A DNA stretch of 64,000 bases from an uncultured virus (IMG/VR IMGVR_UViG_3300045391_003788) (taxonomy: Duplodnaviria; Heunggongvirae; Uroviricota; Caudoviricetes). Below the pieces are notes generated by a model. The model searched no databases, was not told the DNA's origin, and was given only the letters and a program-made list of their open reading frames with translations. Location: the IMG/VR virus record IMGVR_UViG_3300045391_003788. One strand, given 5' to 3'. Both the position numbers and the translations under genes were made by a program. The stretch's first letter is position 1. The number at the start of each line of letters is the position of its first letter. Of this stretch, positions 1 through 9,131 are shown piece by piece.

Positions 1-32
1 CCCTCATATCAGGGTTTCAGGGTTTCAATAGA

Positions 33-187
33 AACCCCCCCACCCCCCATAGACCGCCCGCGTGTCTTCTTCGTCGTCGTCGCGCGGGTGTGACGGCCCC
101 CGGCCCTGACCCTGGCCCCGGGGGCCGTCTGCTGCCCGGACGGTATTCAGCGCGCTCATGATCACGTTGAGAACCCCCCCACCCCCC
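33..187. repeat. 16-bp direct repeat AACCCCCCCACCCCCC (33-48, 172-187); probable genome end / cos region
   Basis: Two identical copies lie just downstream of the HNH gene; CAGGGTTT is also tandemly repeated at 10-25. Confidence 0.6.
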
Positions 188-232
188 GGCCCTGTGCGCC
201 CCGTAGACAAGATCCTTTAGGTGCGGTGACCT

Positions 233-592
233 CTAGACCTCACCCGAGGCCTGCGGGAGCCTCTTGCCACGGTTGCACGACGCGTGAGACAGCCGATCCG
301 GGGGCGCGGGTGGCCGGGTGTCCCAGTGGTCGGCGTCGACCGGTGTCCCCCATGCCAACGGCTGCTCACACCGGGGGCACACCCAGGCCGCGCCACGGCG
401 GAGCGCGCGCCACCAATCGAGCATGAGGGCAATCCGCGTGCGCTCGTGGTTGGCCCCGTAGCCCCGGACGTGCCGATTGCCTCGGCTCGCATCCTTCTCC
501 GCAGCGTGGACAGCACAGCGCCCGTCCCGGACGGCCAGGTTGCCGCACGGAACGGGCGCATTGTGACCACAGATCGAACGGGCCCGGGGCAT
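233..592 (-). CDS. HNH endonuclease (packaging-associated)
   Basis: CPRC...DADH...SHASCNRGK HNH motif; N-terminal C/C/CxxH and RGYG motif typical of terminal HNH genes of cos phages. Confidence 0.75.
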   Translation of the reverse strand: MPRARSICGHNAPVPCGNLAVRDGRCAVHAAEKDASRGNRHVRGYGANHERTRIALMLDWWRALRRGAAWVCPRCEQPLAWGTPVDADHWDTRPPAPPDRLSHASCNRGKRLPQASGEV

Positions 593-613
593 GACCCAGA
601 GTGAATCAGATGA

Positions 614-982
614 TCATAAGGTTTCCGGTGTCTCGTCCTCGGTGTCGTCGATGGCCCACCGACCGGGCGGACCGAGCCACAGAAGTCGCCCGGTGCTCTC
701 GTCGATGAAGTCACGGATGTCCCAGACCTTGCCCCGGGCCAGAATGCCGTCCGGGCCGAGGCGTAGATGGTCGGGGAATCGCGTAGTCGCGCGCCGTGCC
801 GACCAAGTCGATACCTGCTGTCGCGAGATCTCGGTCGGCAGGGGTCGGACCAGGTTGGTCATCTCATGGATGCGCGCGGTCAGTAGGGAGGCCAACTCGG
901 ACACGCCGATCATGCACTCCCCGGGCACCAGACGGCCATCGCTCGTCTGGATCACGGTTTCGATCGTGGACAGATCACTCAT
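614..982 (-). CDS. hypothetical protein (leaderless)
   Basis: Its ATG lies 6 nt after a TTGTCA-N17-TACGAT promoter at 989-1017. Confidence 0.6.
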   Translation of the reverse strand: MSDLSTIETVIQTSDGRLVPGECMIGVSELASLLTARIHEMTNLVRPLPTEISRQQVSTWSARRATTRFPDHLRLGPDGILARGKVWDIRDFIDESTGRLLWLGPPGRWAIDDTEDETPETL

Positions 983-1545
983 GTGTACATCGTATCATCT
1001 TGATTGGTCCCTGACAAGAGATCGAACAGCCATTGGGGCAACGGGTCGGTTGGAATCGATGTCCGGGCCAGCATTCGTAAATGATCTTGTTCTTGTCGGG
1101 CATGCCACTCCCGCGTCGCCCGGTCCGAATAGATCTCACCCTTGAAGATCATCCGGCCTCGCGCGTTCCGATGCGTCCGCGACGCGATCACCACGTAGAC
1201 CACTGGTCCAACTGATCCGTCAGCCGAGCGACCCTCACGAACCCATTCGGCCCTCATGCCGCGCCACGGGGGCGCTGGAGCCCACAGGAGGCCCTGGGCG
1301 TCCCTTTCCTCGCCCCGGTCGCCAATGTGCCTCCAGACGCGCTCCTGCGGCTCCCGCAGAGGCTCCTGTGAGGGTTCCTCCGGCGCATCCTCCGGGCGGC
1401 CCTCCCCCGCCCCCTCCCGGGCCTCCACGGACGGCGCCACGGCGGGTTGGGCACCCCCTTCGGCCCCGATTTGACGCTTCATGATCAAATAACCTCTTAT
1501 CGATCTTGCTTTACCGGTCAAGTTAGAGAAGTTGATCAAGGCCAT
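979..1545 (-). CDS. hypothetical protein (start uncertain)
   Basis: ORF overlaps the next gene by ATGA. Confidence 0.4.
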   Translation of the reverse strand: MALINFSNLTGKARSIRGYLIMKRQIGAEGGAQPAVAPSVEAREGAGEGRPEDAPEEPSQEPLREPQERVWRHIGDRGEERDAQGLLWAPAPPWRGMRAEWVREGRSADGSVGPVVYVVIASRTHRNARGRMIFKGEIYSDRATREWHARQEQDHLRMLARTSIPTDPLPQWLFDLLSGTNQDDTMYT

Positions 1546-2005
1546 TGGGGAAGTTAGGGAAGTTGATCACCACCCGACAGTGTGCATGTGTGTGCGCGTA
1601 TGCGTGCGCGTATGCGCACATGGAGCCATTTCCTTATGATCATCTTCCCCAACTTCCCCAATTGATAGATCAGAAGGATGTAGTAGCAGGTCAGAGCGAT
1701 TTGTAGGATGAATTTAGAGATCAACAAGGGCCTTGTTGATCTTCCCCACAACTTCCCCACAACTTCCCCAACGCTATTTGATCTTGTTCTCGATTGGCCC
1801 GCGACCTGCACGTATGTGAAATCCGCATCTCTCAACTGGGGAAGTTCGATTTCCATGATCGACCTTTTCGTGTCCCAGTTCGTCCCGGTTCGTGCTTCCC
1901 CACCATGACGTACACGACCGATCGACTTCTTGTCATCCCGACGAGTTGATCTTGCTCTCGACCGGTTGGGGAAGTTGCGGCCGGGATTGGGGAAGTTGCT
2001 TCCCC
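1520..2005. repeat. iteron-like (AA)CTTCCCC repeat region with alternating purine-pyrimidine tract; putative replication origin
   Basis: About 12 copies in both orientations (e.g. 1547, 1644, 1651, 1741, 1750, 1761, 1838, 1895, 1968, 1989, 1999); lower GC; RY tract at 1580-1622; no credible gene. Confidence 0.65.
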
Positions 2006-2670
2006 ACGCGAAAATGCCCACAAAACGGACAGCGATTTGATCATGGTTTTCGGCCCCGAAAACGGCCTTAACGATCATGGAATATCGGGACATACCCGGC
2101 AGTTGATCATGCTCGATCGACACCCCGACAGCGGCCCCAGCCCGCCGTGGCGGGGGTGCGAGATGCCCCCGGCGATGCCCCGATGAAACGCTTTCAGCCC
2201 GGCCACCGATGAACGGCTCGCATGCCTGATCCAAGTCCGGATCCAAGTCCGGGTCCAGGTCCGGGTCGGCGGCCTCCAGATGCCCCCTGGAGCGCCTGCC
2301 GGACCGGGTCGCCCACTGGGTCGCCGGTGGTCCCGATGGGGCCGCCAAGCGCCGCTGTACGCTTCGCCAGCGGCCCTGTGGCGCCCTGTAGGGCGACCGG
2401 GCGTGCGAAGGGCCCGGGAGACAGCGGTCAGGTCTCCCGGGCCCTTACAGAGCCCCCTGGACACCCGATTGACGAATCGATCAGGCGTGCCCCTCCAGGC
2501 GACTGCCGCTCCCAGCATGCACCGTTTCGTGGCGATGTCCAGGCGGTGGTGGGTCAGTTCACGGGATGTTGACCCTCCTCTGACGTTCGCCTCGATCGCA
2601 CCCCGGATCGAACCCCGGATCGAACTTGGACCCGCCTGCTGGAGTACCCCCATGACCCAGTCACCCAACC

Positions 2671-3877
2671 TCATCCGTTCGGAGGAGGGAGTGGCGTGAC
2701 GCTCACCGTGCCCTGGACGATCCGAACGACAGCGAACACGATCGGCGCCAGGTGGTAGTCGCATGACCACCACCCCCGCCAGTCGTAATCCCCGACCGAG
2801 AACGTGACGTCGCGCGGACACTCGCGGCTGGCATTGATCCCCAACGCCAGCGCCGCGCAGGTTCGCTCCCCGCTCACAGGCCCCATCTCACTTCACCTCG
2901 GGGTGGCGCTTCATCGCGTGGTGGATCGCCGCGGAGATGTCGATCAGCCAGTCGTCCAGCGGCTCCCTGGAGCCCGGGGGACCCCATTCGGGGTAGTGCG
3001 TGCGCCGGTAGTCGTACAGGGCCGCCAGGACGTCGCCCAGGGCGTCCATGGCCACCTCGATGACCTGCTCGTCGGGCACCTCGGTCGGTCGCAGCATGAC
3101 CTTGCCTAGGTCGTCCACAGAGGTGACGCCGACCGAGCGCAGGTGCTTCAGGAACTCCCAGTTCGCCGAGTCGCGAGCCATCACATCTCCGCTTCGCACG
3201 GCGGCGTCCGCCACTCGCTCTCGCGCTGGCTCTCCAGGGCGGCGGCTTCGTCTCGCAGCCGGGAGGCGAGCATGTCGCACAGGGTCGCCAGCCGACGCAT
3301 CGCATTCGGCCCCAGGCCCTCTCGCAGTTCCTCCGGCTTGGCCACGCTGTCCGTGACAGCCATGTCGATGAGGGCCATCAGCCGCCGCCAGTGCAGCCGC
3401 TGCGGAGCCTCGAAGATCGCGCTCCCGTTGTATCTGCTCATGCCTGCCACTCCTCCACGCGCTTGATGGTCACGACGTTGGGCCGCCCGGCCCGATTCAT
3501 GAGTTCCTCGATGACCTCCTTGACGAACCCCGGGGTATAGCCGAAGTCGCCACCGTGCACGCCGGTCACCTGGTAATGACCGGGGCTGATCGTGTTGAAT
3601 GTGCCGAAGTGCCGCCACATCTCCTGGGCGTCCTCTTGTGACAGCCGGTGCGCGGTGGTGAACTCCACCCGGTAGTCGATGTCGTCGTAGTTCACTCCCG
3701 CTCTCCCGTGAGTTCGACGTTCGAAGTGTTGGGGTGGAAGGAGATGTTCTCCAGGTAGCCACCGGCCACCAGGTTCTCGGTGCTGCCGCTCTCGTCGGTC
3801 AGCCCGAGGTACACGTTCGCGTTCTGCGGGAAGTCCCGAAGGACGCTGATCAGTTCAGCCACAGTCATCGTCGTCAT
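2671..3877 (-). CDS. run of small hypothetical genes (3692-3877, 3438-3695, 3181-3441, 2888-3181, 2671-2886)
   Basis: Coupled or abutting start/stop codons; the first gene has a leaderless promoter at 3884-3912. Confidence 0.6.
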
Positions 3878-4292
3878 GAGTACATCATGCCACGTCTACA
3901 ACGACCTGTCAACCCTCCTCCACGTGTCGGTTCTGCTGGGCAGCCGGGACTGGTTCCAGCGTTCGACCACGGACCACGGGACCTGATAGGCGTAAGAGTT
4001 CGGCATGCGCCGCAGATACCGCAGCGCCTGCCGAATGCGAACGTTGCGCGTCCGCATGTCTCCCCCTCACTCCCGATAGTCCTGGGACAGACGGCAACCC
4101 TGCTCCCCGGCGGCGGCCTCCACCAGCGGCTGAAGCGCAATACCCAGCACGGTCTTGGCCACCTCGTCCGCCGTGTCGGTATGCCGGGTGCCCGGCATGA
4201 ATTCCACGATCAGGTAGTCATCCAGGTAGATCGACGTCTTCAAGGTCATGCCGACGTCCTCATGGATGACCCGAAATGCCAACACGCTCATG

Positions 4293-5585
4293 TCAACCCT
4301 TCCTAACAACCGTCACCGATTCCGATGCCCGAGTAATCGCGGTGTACAACCAGCGCCGCGCCTCGGCGATTGCGGCCCGCTCGGTGCCGAACCGCATCTT
4401 CTGTTCCTTCATCGGCCGGGTCTCATCGAGAACACACACCCGGGGCCATTCGGAGCCCTGGGCCTTGTGCACCGTGAGGGCGTTGGCGAATGTCATGAGA
4501 GCCGTGTCGCCACGCCACCCGATCCGCTGCTCCTCGGCGGCGTTCTGACCGTCCTCGGTGAATCCGGCCTCATAGACGAACATGTAGATGGGCCGATCCC
4601 CTGATTCACCTTCTTCGGTCAGGGTCAGGTACAACTCCCCGTCCTCACGGCCGGGACCCACTTCCTGGACGACGAAGGACTGCCCGTTGAAGATGCCGAG
4701 ATCCCGGTTGTTCTGCAGATTCATCACGACATCGCCAGGAACGGGAGAACCGGCCGGACGATCGAGTTGCTTGCGAATGAATTCGATGGCCGACCAGCGC
4801 ACCGCCTTGCGCCAGCACAGCACCCGGTCGAATTCGGTGTAGTCCAACCCCATGCCGGGGGTGTAGTCCGCCGGACCGAGTTCCCCGCCATTGCGGATGC
4901 GGGTGGCGAGCGCGAGCACCGGAGAATCCAGGGCCTGCCGGTGAATCTCGCGGAGCAGGATGTCCGGCCGTCCCTCGGTGAAGTAGCCTTCGCGCCCGAT
5001 CGGTGGTAACTGCTCCGGGTCACCCAACACCAAGATCTTGATGTCGGTCGCGAGCAGGTCGGTTGCCATCCGGGCGTCGACCATCGACACCTCGTCCGCA
5101 ATGAGCAACTCGCAGCCGGTCAGCGCTTCCTCCAGCGGAGGCCAGAAGAATGGCCCGTTGAGTCGAATCTGCTCCCGCGTGGACGTGACGTTCCGCCGCA
5201 GGTCCTCGATCAGCGGACCCGAGTTGTCCCATTCGGGGTTGTCTGGGCTGAGTTCCTCCAGTCGCTTGATCTCGTTCTCGCAGCGCGCGACGATGGCGGG
5301 CAGGTTGATCGGTGCGGAGTACAGCATCGAGTGCAGGGTCCCGGCCGGTACACACCCCTTGGACCGCAGCACCTGCGCCGCCTTGCCGGTGTAGGCGCCG
5401 AACCGGACGTCGGTCAACCCGAGCCGCTCCGGCACCATCCGGGCGATCGTGGTCTTGCCGGTACCGGCCGGGCCGAACATCTTGAACACCTGGTCGGATC
5501 GAGGGTCGGCGTACCACGCCTCGATCCGTTCCAGGGCAGTCTCCTGTGACGCCGACAGTTGCATCGCGCCCGCCGTGGCGGCCAT
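4293..5585 (-). CDS. SF1B RecD/Dda-like DNA helicase
   Basis: Walker A GPAGTGKTT, DEVSM, LGDPEQLPPI, ALTVHKAQGSEW, LYTAITRA. Confidence 0.92.
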   Translation of the reverse strand: MAATAGAMQLSASQETALERIEAWYADPRSDQVFKMFGPAGTGKTTIARMVPERLGLTDVRFGAYTGKAAQVLRSKGCVPAGTLHSMLYSAPINLPAIVARCENEIKRLEELSPDNPEWDNSGPLIEDLRRNVTSTREQIRLNGPFFWPPLEEALTGCELLIADEVSMVDARMATDLLATDIKILVLGDPEQLPPIGREGYFTEGRPDILLREIHRQALDSPVLALATRIRNGGELGPADYTPGMGLDYTEFDRVLCWRKAVRWSAIEFIRKQLDRPAGSPVPGDVVMNLQNNRDLGIFNGQSFVVQEVGPGREDGELYLTLTEEGESGDRPIYMFVYEAGFTEDGQNAAEEQRIGWRGDTALMTFANALTVHKAQGSEWPRVCVLDETRPMKEQKMRFGTERAAIAEARRWLYTAITRASESVTVVRKG

Positions 5586-5588
5586 CGG

Positions 5589-5765
5589 TTAGGCCTCCAC
5601 GTACTGGAGATGGATGTACTGCTTCAGCAGGCGCCAGAACATGATCAGGCACAGGAACATGTAGAACTGGTGCAGCGGACCCATTCCGGCCACCGTCAGC
5701 GCCATCAGGATGAGGCCCGCCAACGACCGGTTGGTCGGCTTGGTGACCGTGATGTTCAGGTTCAT
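5589..5765 (-). CDS. small membrane protein
   Basis: Two hydrophobic segments; coupled to the upstream gene. Confidence 0.5.
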   Translation of the reverse strand: MNLNITVTKPTNRSLAGLILMALTVAGMGPLHQFYMFLCLIMFWRLLKQYIHLQYVEA

Positions 5766-6841
5766 GCCATTCCCCTCTCGGCCTGGATTTGGTCCAGGCG
5801 AACCGTGTTCTCGTTCTCGCTCTCGATCTGTTCCAGGATGTCGTTCGCACAGATCTTGGACATCAGCGTGACCAGGGTTTCGTGGTTTGCGCCCTTCAAC
5901 ATCAGGTGCGCGAATGCCGCCTGGTGCACCAATCTCCGGATGTTCAGGGTGTTGTAGCGGGTGAGGTTGTCGAATACCACGGCCAGGCCGGGCGCCTGCT
6001 CCACCAGCGGCCGGATGACGTGTTCGGACCGCCATGCCCGCATCAGGGTGCCGCGCTCCTGCTCAACCACGCTCACCACATCCCAGGACCGCCACACGGT
6101 CAGGGTGTCGGTGTAGTTCTTGCGGGCCAGGTCGTCCCACGGCGAGCGCATGACATTGATCTGAGCCTCGACGTCCTGCATCCACCGGGCGAACTCCGGA
6201 CCGACGCCGTAGTCGAGGATCTTGGCCTGGGCGGCGGCGTTGAACGGAACGCCGGTCAACTTCCGGAGAACGTCCAGCAGGCCCTGGTCGCGGGCCTTGC
6301 GCTTCATCCGGGCGTAGACGCCGCACCAGTTGTACTCGCGCGCCACGGCGTCCAGCATCAGCGGGGTGGCCGGGAGTGCCTCGACGATGGCGATCTTCTC
6401 GTCCATGTACTCGCACGGACCGCCGCCCTCCACGTCGAGGGACAGGATGCCCTCCACGAACGGACGCCATTCCTCGCCGAGCGTCTTGATCCGCTTGTCG
6501 GCGAAGGCCTGAGCCCATTCTCCACCGGCCTGGTCAACCTTGGCGCTCATCTCGATCTCGCCAGTGGCGTATTCGTTTATGATCGCCTGCTGCCGCTCCT
6601 GGTACTCCTCGTACCGGTCGCAGGTCGAGGTGTTGATGAAGTCGAACGGACCGAATCCGAACTCTGCGCGCAGGGCGTGGATCTTCTCCCGACGAATGGC
6701 GGATCCGCCGGTGGAGGGGTCGTTCCAGGCGTTCCAGATGTCGTTGCCCGCTCGCTGGTATGCGTTGCGAGCCCGGGTGACCCGACTCTTGTAGCGCGGG
6801 TCGTCGAGTGGACTTTCCAGTGGGATGGTGACGCGTGCCAT
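5762..6841 (-). CDS. hypothetical protein, WCGxY paralog family
   Basis: Motif LDAVAREYNWCGVYARMKRKARDQGLL shared with 7039-8208 and 11134-12159. Confidence 0.8.
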   Translation of the reverse strand: MARVTIPLESPLDDPRYKSRVTRARNAYQRAGNDIWNAWNDPSTGGSAIRREKIHALRAEFGFGPFDFINTSTCDRYEEYQERQQAIINEYATGEIEMSAKVDQAGGEWAQAFADKRIKTLGEEWRPFVEGILSLDVEGGGPCEYMDEKIAIVEALPATPLMLDAVAREYNWCGVYARMKRKARDQGLLDVLRKLTGVPFNAAAQAKILDYGVGPEFARWMQDVEAQINVMRSPWDDLARKNYTDTLTVWRSWDVVSVVEQERGTLMRAWRSEHVIRPLVEQAPGLAVVFDNLTRYNTLNIRRLVHQAAFAHLMLKGANHETLVTLMSKICANDILEQIESENENTVRLDQIQAERGMA

Positions 6842-6974
6842 GGATTCCCCAATCCGAGTCTGTTTCAGAGTCTGAGGTTCGTCGTCGTGGCGAGGATTCC
6901 CCCCTCGCTCATGAGTACATCATGTCACATCCACAAGTACCTGTCAAGTCCGTATCCGCATTGAGATATGGCGA

Positions 6975-7014
6975 AGGGCCACCGAGACCCAGGGAAGTGA
7001 GTCTCGGTGGCCCT
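6975..7014. terminator. intrinsic terminator-like hairpin
   Basis: AGGGCCACCGAGAC / GTCTCGGTGGCCCT inverted repeat. Confidence 0.75.
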
Positions 7015-7038
7015 CGTTTCGGCCGGGCGGATTGGGGG

Positions 7039-8208
7039 TTACTCGGCCGAAGTCACCTCGCTGACGGACTCGACCGCGACCTCGACCACGGGCGGCACGC
7101 CCAGGGTGTGGGCGATGGTCGCCATCCTGTCCCGGTTGTCCGCCCCGTAGAACTGGGAGGCCTGCGGGAAGTCCGGCAGCAGGTCGGTGAAGGCGTCCGC
7201 CATCTCCTGCTGCTGGTCCAGGTCGTACCCCTTGGCGAACAGGTGCAGCATGACCGCGCCGATCGCCGCCCCGTTCCTACCGGCGTAGGACGACGTGACG
7301 AACTGGCGCACCTGCTCCACCACGAACGCCCAGCCCTCGTTCTGCTCGACCAGCGGCAGCCCGAACTTGGTCAGGAACTGCCGCCCCCTGTCCGGATCGG
7401 TGGTGACCATCGAGTACAGGTCGTAGATCGTCCGGTAGTTCTGCCGCTCCTCGGAGTACCGCTGCGCCGCGTTGGTCTTGTCGCTGTACTCCACCATCTT
7501 GGCCTGGTAGTCGACGACGTTCCCGGTGGTCGCCGCGATGGCGTCGGTGACGAACGTCCGGAACTCGTCGGTGCGGACGTAGGCCGCCATCGCCGCGTCG
7601 GCCGGGTCGGCGACCAGGGCACGGATCTGACCCCACAGCCCGCTCGCCACGGCGTCCTGCTTCAGGGTGCCGTACGTGCCGCACCAGTCCCGGTACCGGG
7701 CCAACTTGTCGATGTCGGTCGGGCGGCACGGGAACAGTTCGGCGACGTCGATCTTCTGCGAGGAGTACTCGTCCGGGCCGCCCGCGATGGCGAACAGACC
7801 CTTGACGATGTCACCCCAGCCCGCTCCGGCCCGCTCCTCGATCGAGGCGGCGTACGAGTCGACCCAGGACCCGCGCTGCTCGCGGGCCTTGACCTTCAGC
7901 GCCTCGTGGGCGGCCTCGTGCTCCCGGTCGAGTTCGCGCCGGGCAGCCCAGTACTGCTGGTGCTCGGTGTCGTTGGTGTGCCGGTGCGGGAAGTCCGCGT
8001 TGACCTCGTCCCGACGCCGACGGAACGCGATGCAGATCGCCTCGTTCTCGGCGTGGAGCGCGTCGTCGCTCTCGATGTAGTCGCTGATGTGGCCTTCCGG
8101 CCGGTAGGAGGAGTACGCCTCCCGGACCCGCCGGTCGTAGTCGCGGGTCAGGTAGACCGGCTGATTGTCCGTGCTGGTGCCGGTGCCGTTGGTGAAGGAA
8201 CGTGCCAT
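7039..8208 (-). CDS. hypothetical protein, WCGxY paralog family
   Basis: IDKLARYRDWCGTYGTLKQDAVASGLW; start follows the GACTCGGATTGGGGA element. Confidence 0.8.
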   Translation of the reverse strand: MARSFTNGTGTSTDNQPVYLTRDYDRRVREAYSSYRPEGHISDYIESDDALHAENEAICIAFRRRRDEVNADFPHRHTNDTEHQQYWAARRELDREHEAAHEALKVKAREQRGSWVDSYAASIEERAGAGWGDIVKGLFAIAGGPDEYSSQKIDVAELFPCRPTDIDKLARYRDWCGTYGTLKQDAVASGLWGQIRALVADPADAAMAAYVRTDEFRTFVTDAIAATTGNVVDYQAKMVEYSDKTNAAQRYSEERQNYRTIYDLYSMVTTDPDRGRQFLTKFGLPLVEQNEGWAFVVEQVRQFVTSSYAGRNGAAIGAVMLHLFAKGYDLDQQQEMADAFTDLLPDFPQASQFYGADNRDRMATIAHTLGVPPVVEVAVESVSEVTSAE

Positions 8209-8263
8209 GAGGTAGATCCCCAATCCGAGTCCCCGGAACCCTGCGTTCCGGGCTGATGTGAAT

Positions 8264-8314
8264 ATCCTGGCATGTCTACTACTGCTTGTCAACCCACCAT
8301 CCACCTGCTATGTT
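8264..8314. promoter_or_regulatory. back-to-back promoters sharing a TTGTCAA core
   Basis: (-) TTGACA-17-CAGGAT; (+) TTGTCA-17-TATGTT-6-ATG(8321). Confidence 0.7.
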
Positions 8315-8320
8315 GTACAC

Positions 8321-8652
8321 ATGAGAACGTTGGAGCAGCAGGCGGAGGACAACTTTCACGAGTGGCTGGCCGAGCAGGACATCGACACCGAGGTCCGCGA
8401 GATCGCCCTCAAGTGGATCAAGCAGGCGTTCACGGATGCCTACATGGATGGCTACTCGGACGGGGAGAACGGGGTCTGATGAGCGAGAACGAGATCGAAA
8501 AAGACTTCATCGAGTGGGCGAGACGGTACGGGTGGTTCACTGAATCCCCGTCCGAGGACACCCTGCGACGGGCGTTCCAGGACGTCTGGTCCCAGGCCTT
8601 CGGTGAGGGCTACGACACCGGCTACGACACCGGCCGGTACGGTCGTAGTTGA
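8321..8652 (+). CDS. two small acidic paralogous proteins (8321-8479, 8479-8652)
   Basis: Both show the pattern F-x-E-W...AF...G-Y-x-x-G; coupled by TGATG. Confidence 0.65.
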
Positions 8653-8967
8653 TCACCGGTGCTCGGTCAGGTCGCAGACGTACAGAGGGGGACCGTCGTC
8701 GCGTGCCGTGAGGCGCACGAGATGGTCCCCCTTGGCGAGGTACCGGGCGATCCGGACCGCCGCGACGGGCTCAACTCCGGCCCGGACGAGGCGGCCCATC
8801 CACATCGCCACGACCACTTCCTCCGGCGTCCACAGCACCGGCACCCCGGACTTCTCCCGGCGCGGCTGCGGGCTGATCAGACCTCGGCTCGACCAGTACC
8901 CCAGTTGCCGTCTGCTGATCCCGGCGGCCTCGACGGCCTCCTCGTTCGTGAGTGACACGGGAGGCAT
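8653..8967 (-). CDS. MerR-like HTH DNA-binding protein
   Basis: EAVEAAGISRRQLGYWSSRGLISP matches the MerR HTH pattern. Confidence 0.75.
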   Translation of the reverse strand: MPPVSLTNEEAVEAAGISRRQLGYWSSRGLISPQPRREKSGVPVLWTPEEVVVAMWMGRLVRAGVEPVAAVRIARYLAKGDHLVRLTARDDGPPLYVCDLTEHR

Positions 8968-9131
8968 TCTGCACCGTTCGGCGGTCCTGGATGGCCTGCG
9001 ACACGATGTACGCGGCGCACCAGTTCACGATCACCAGAGTGATCCACCACGGATTCGACCAGCCGGTCACCCAGCCCCACAGCAGGACCATGCCCGCCGT
9101 GGCGGCGCCCGCTTCGATCAGCCGTCCGCGC

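Noticed and set aside
1554..2348. 264-aa ORF across the iteron region
   Set aside because: The translation mirrors the DNA repeats (GKLGK, RIRARIRA) and the composition is atypical; more likely non-coding.
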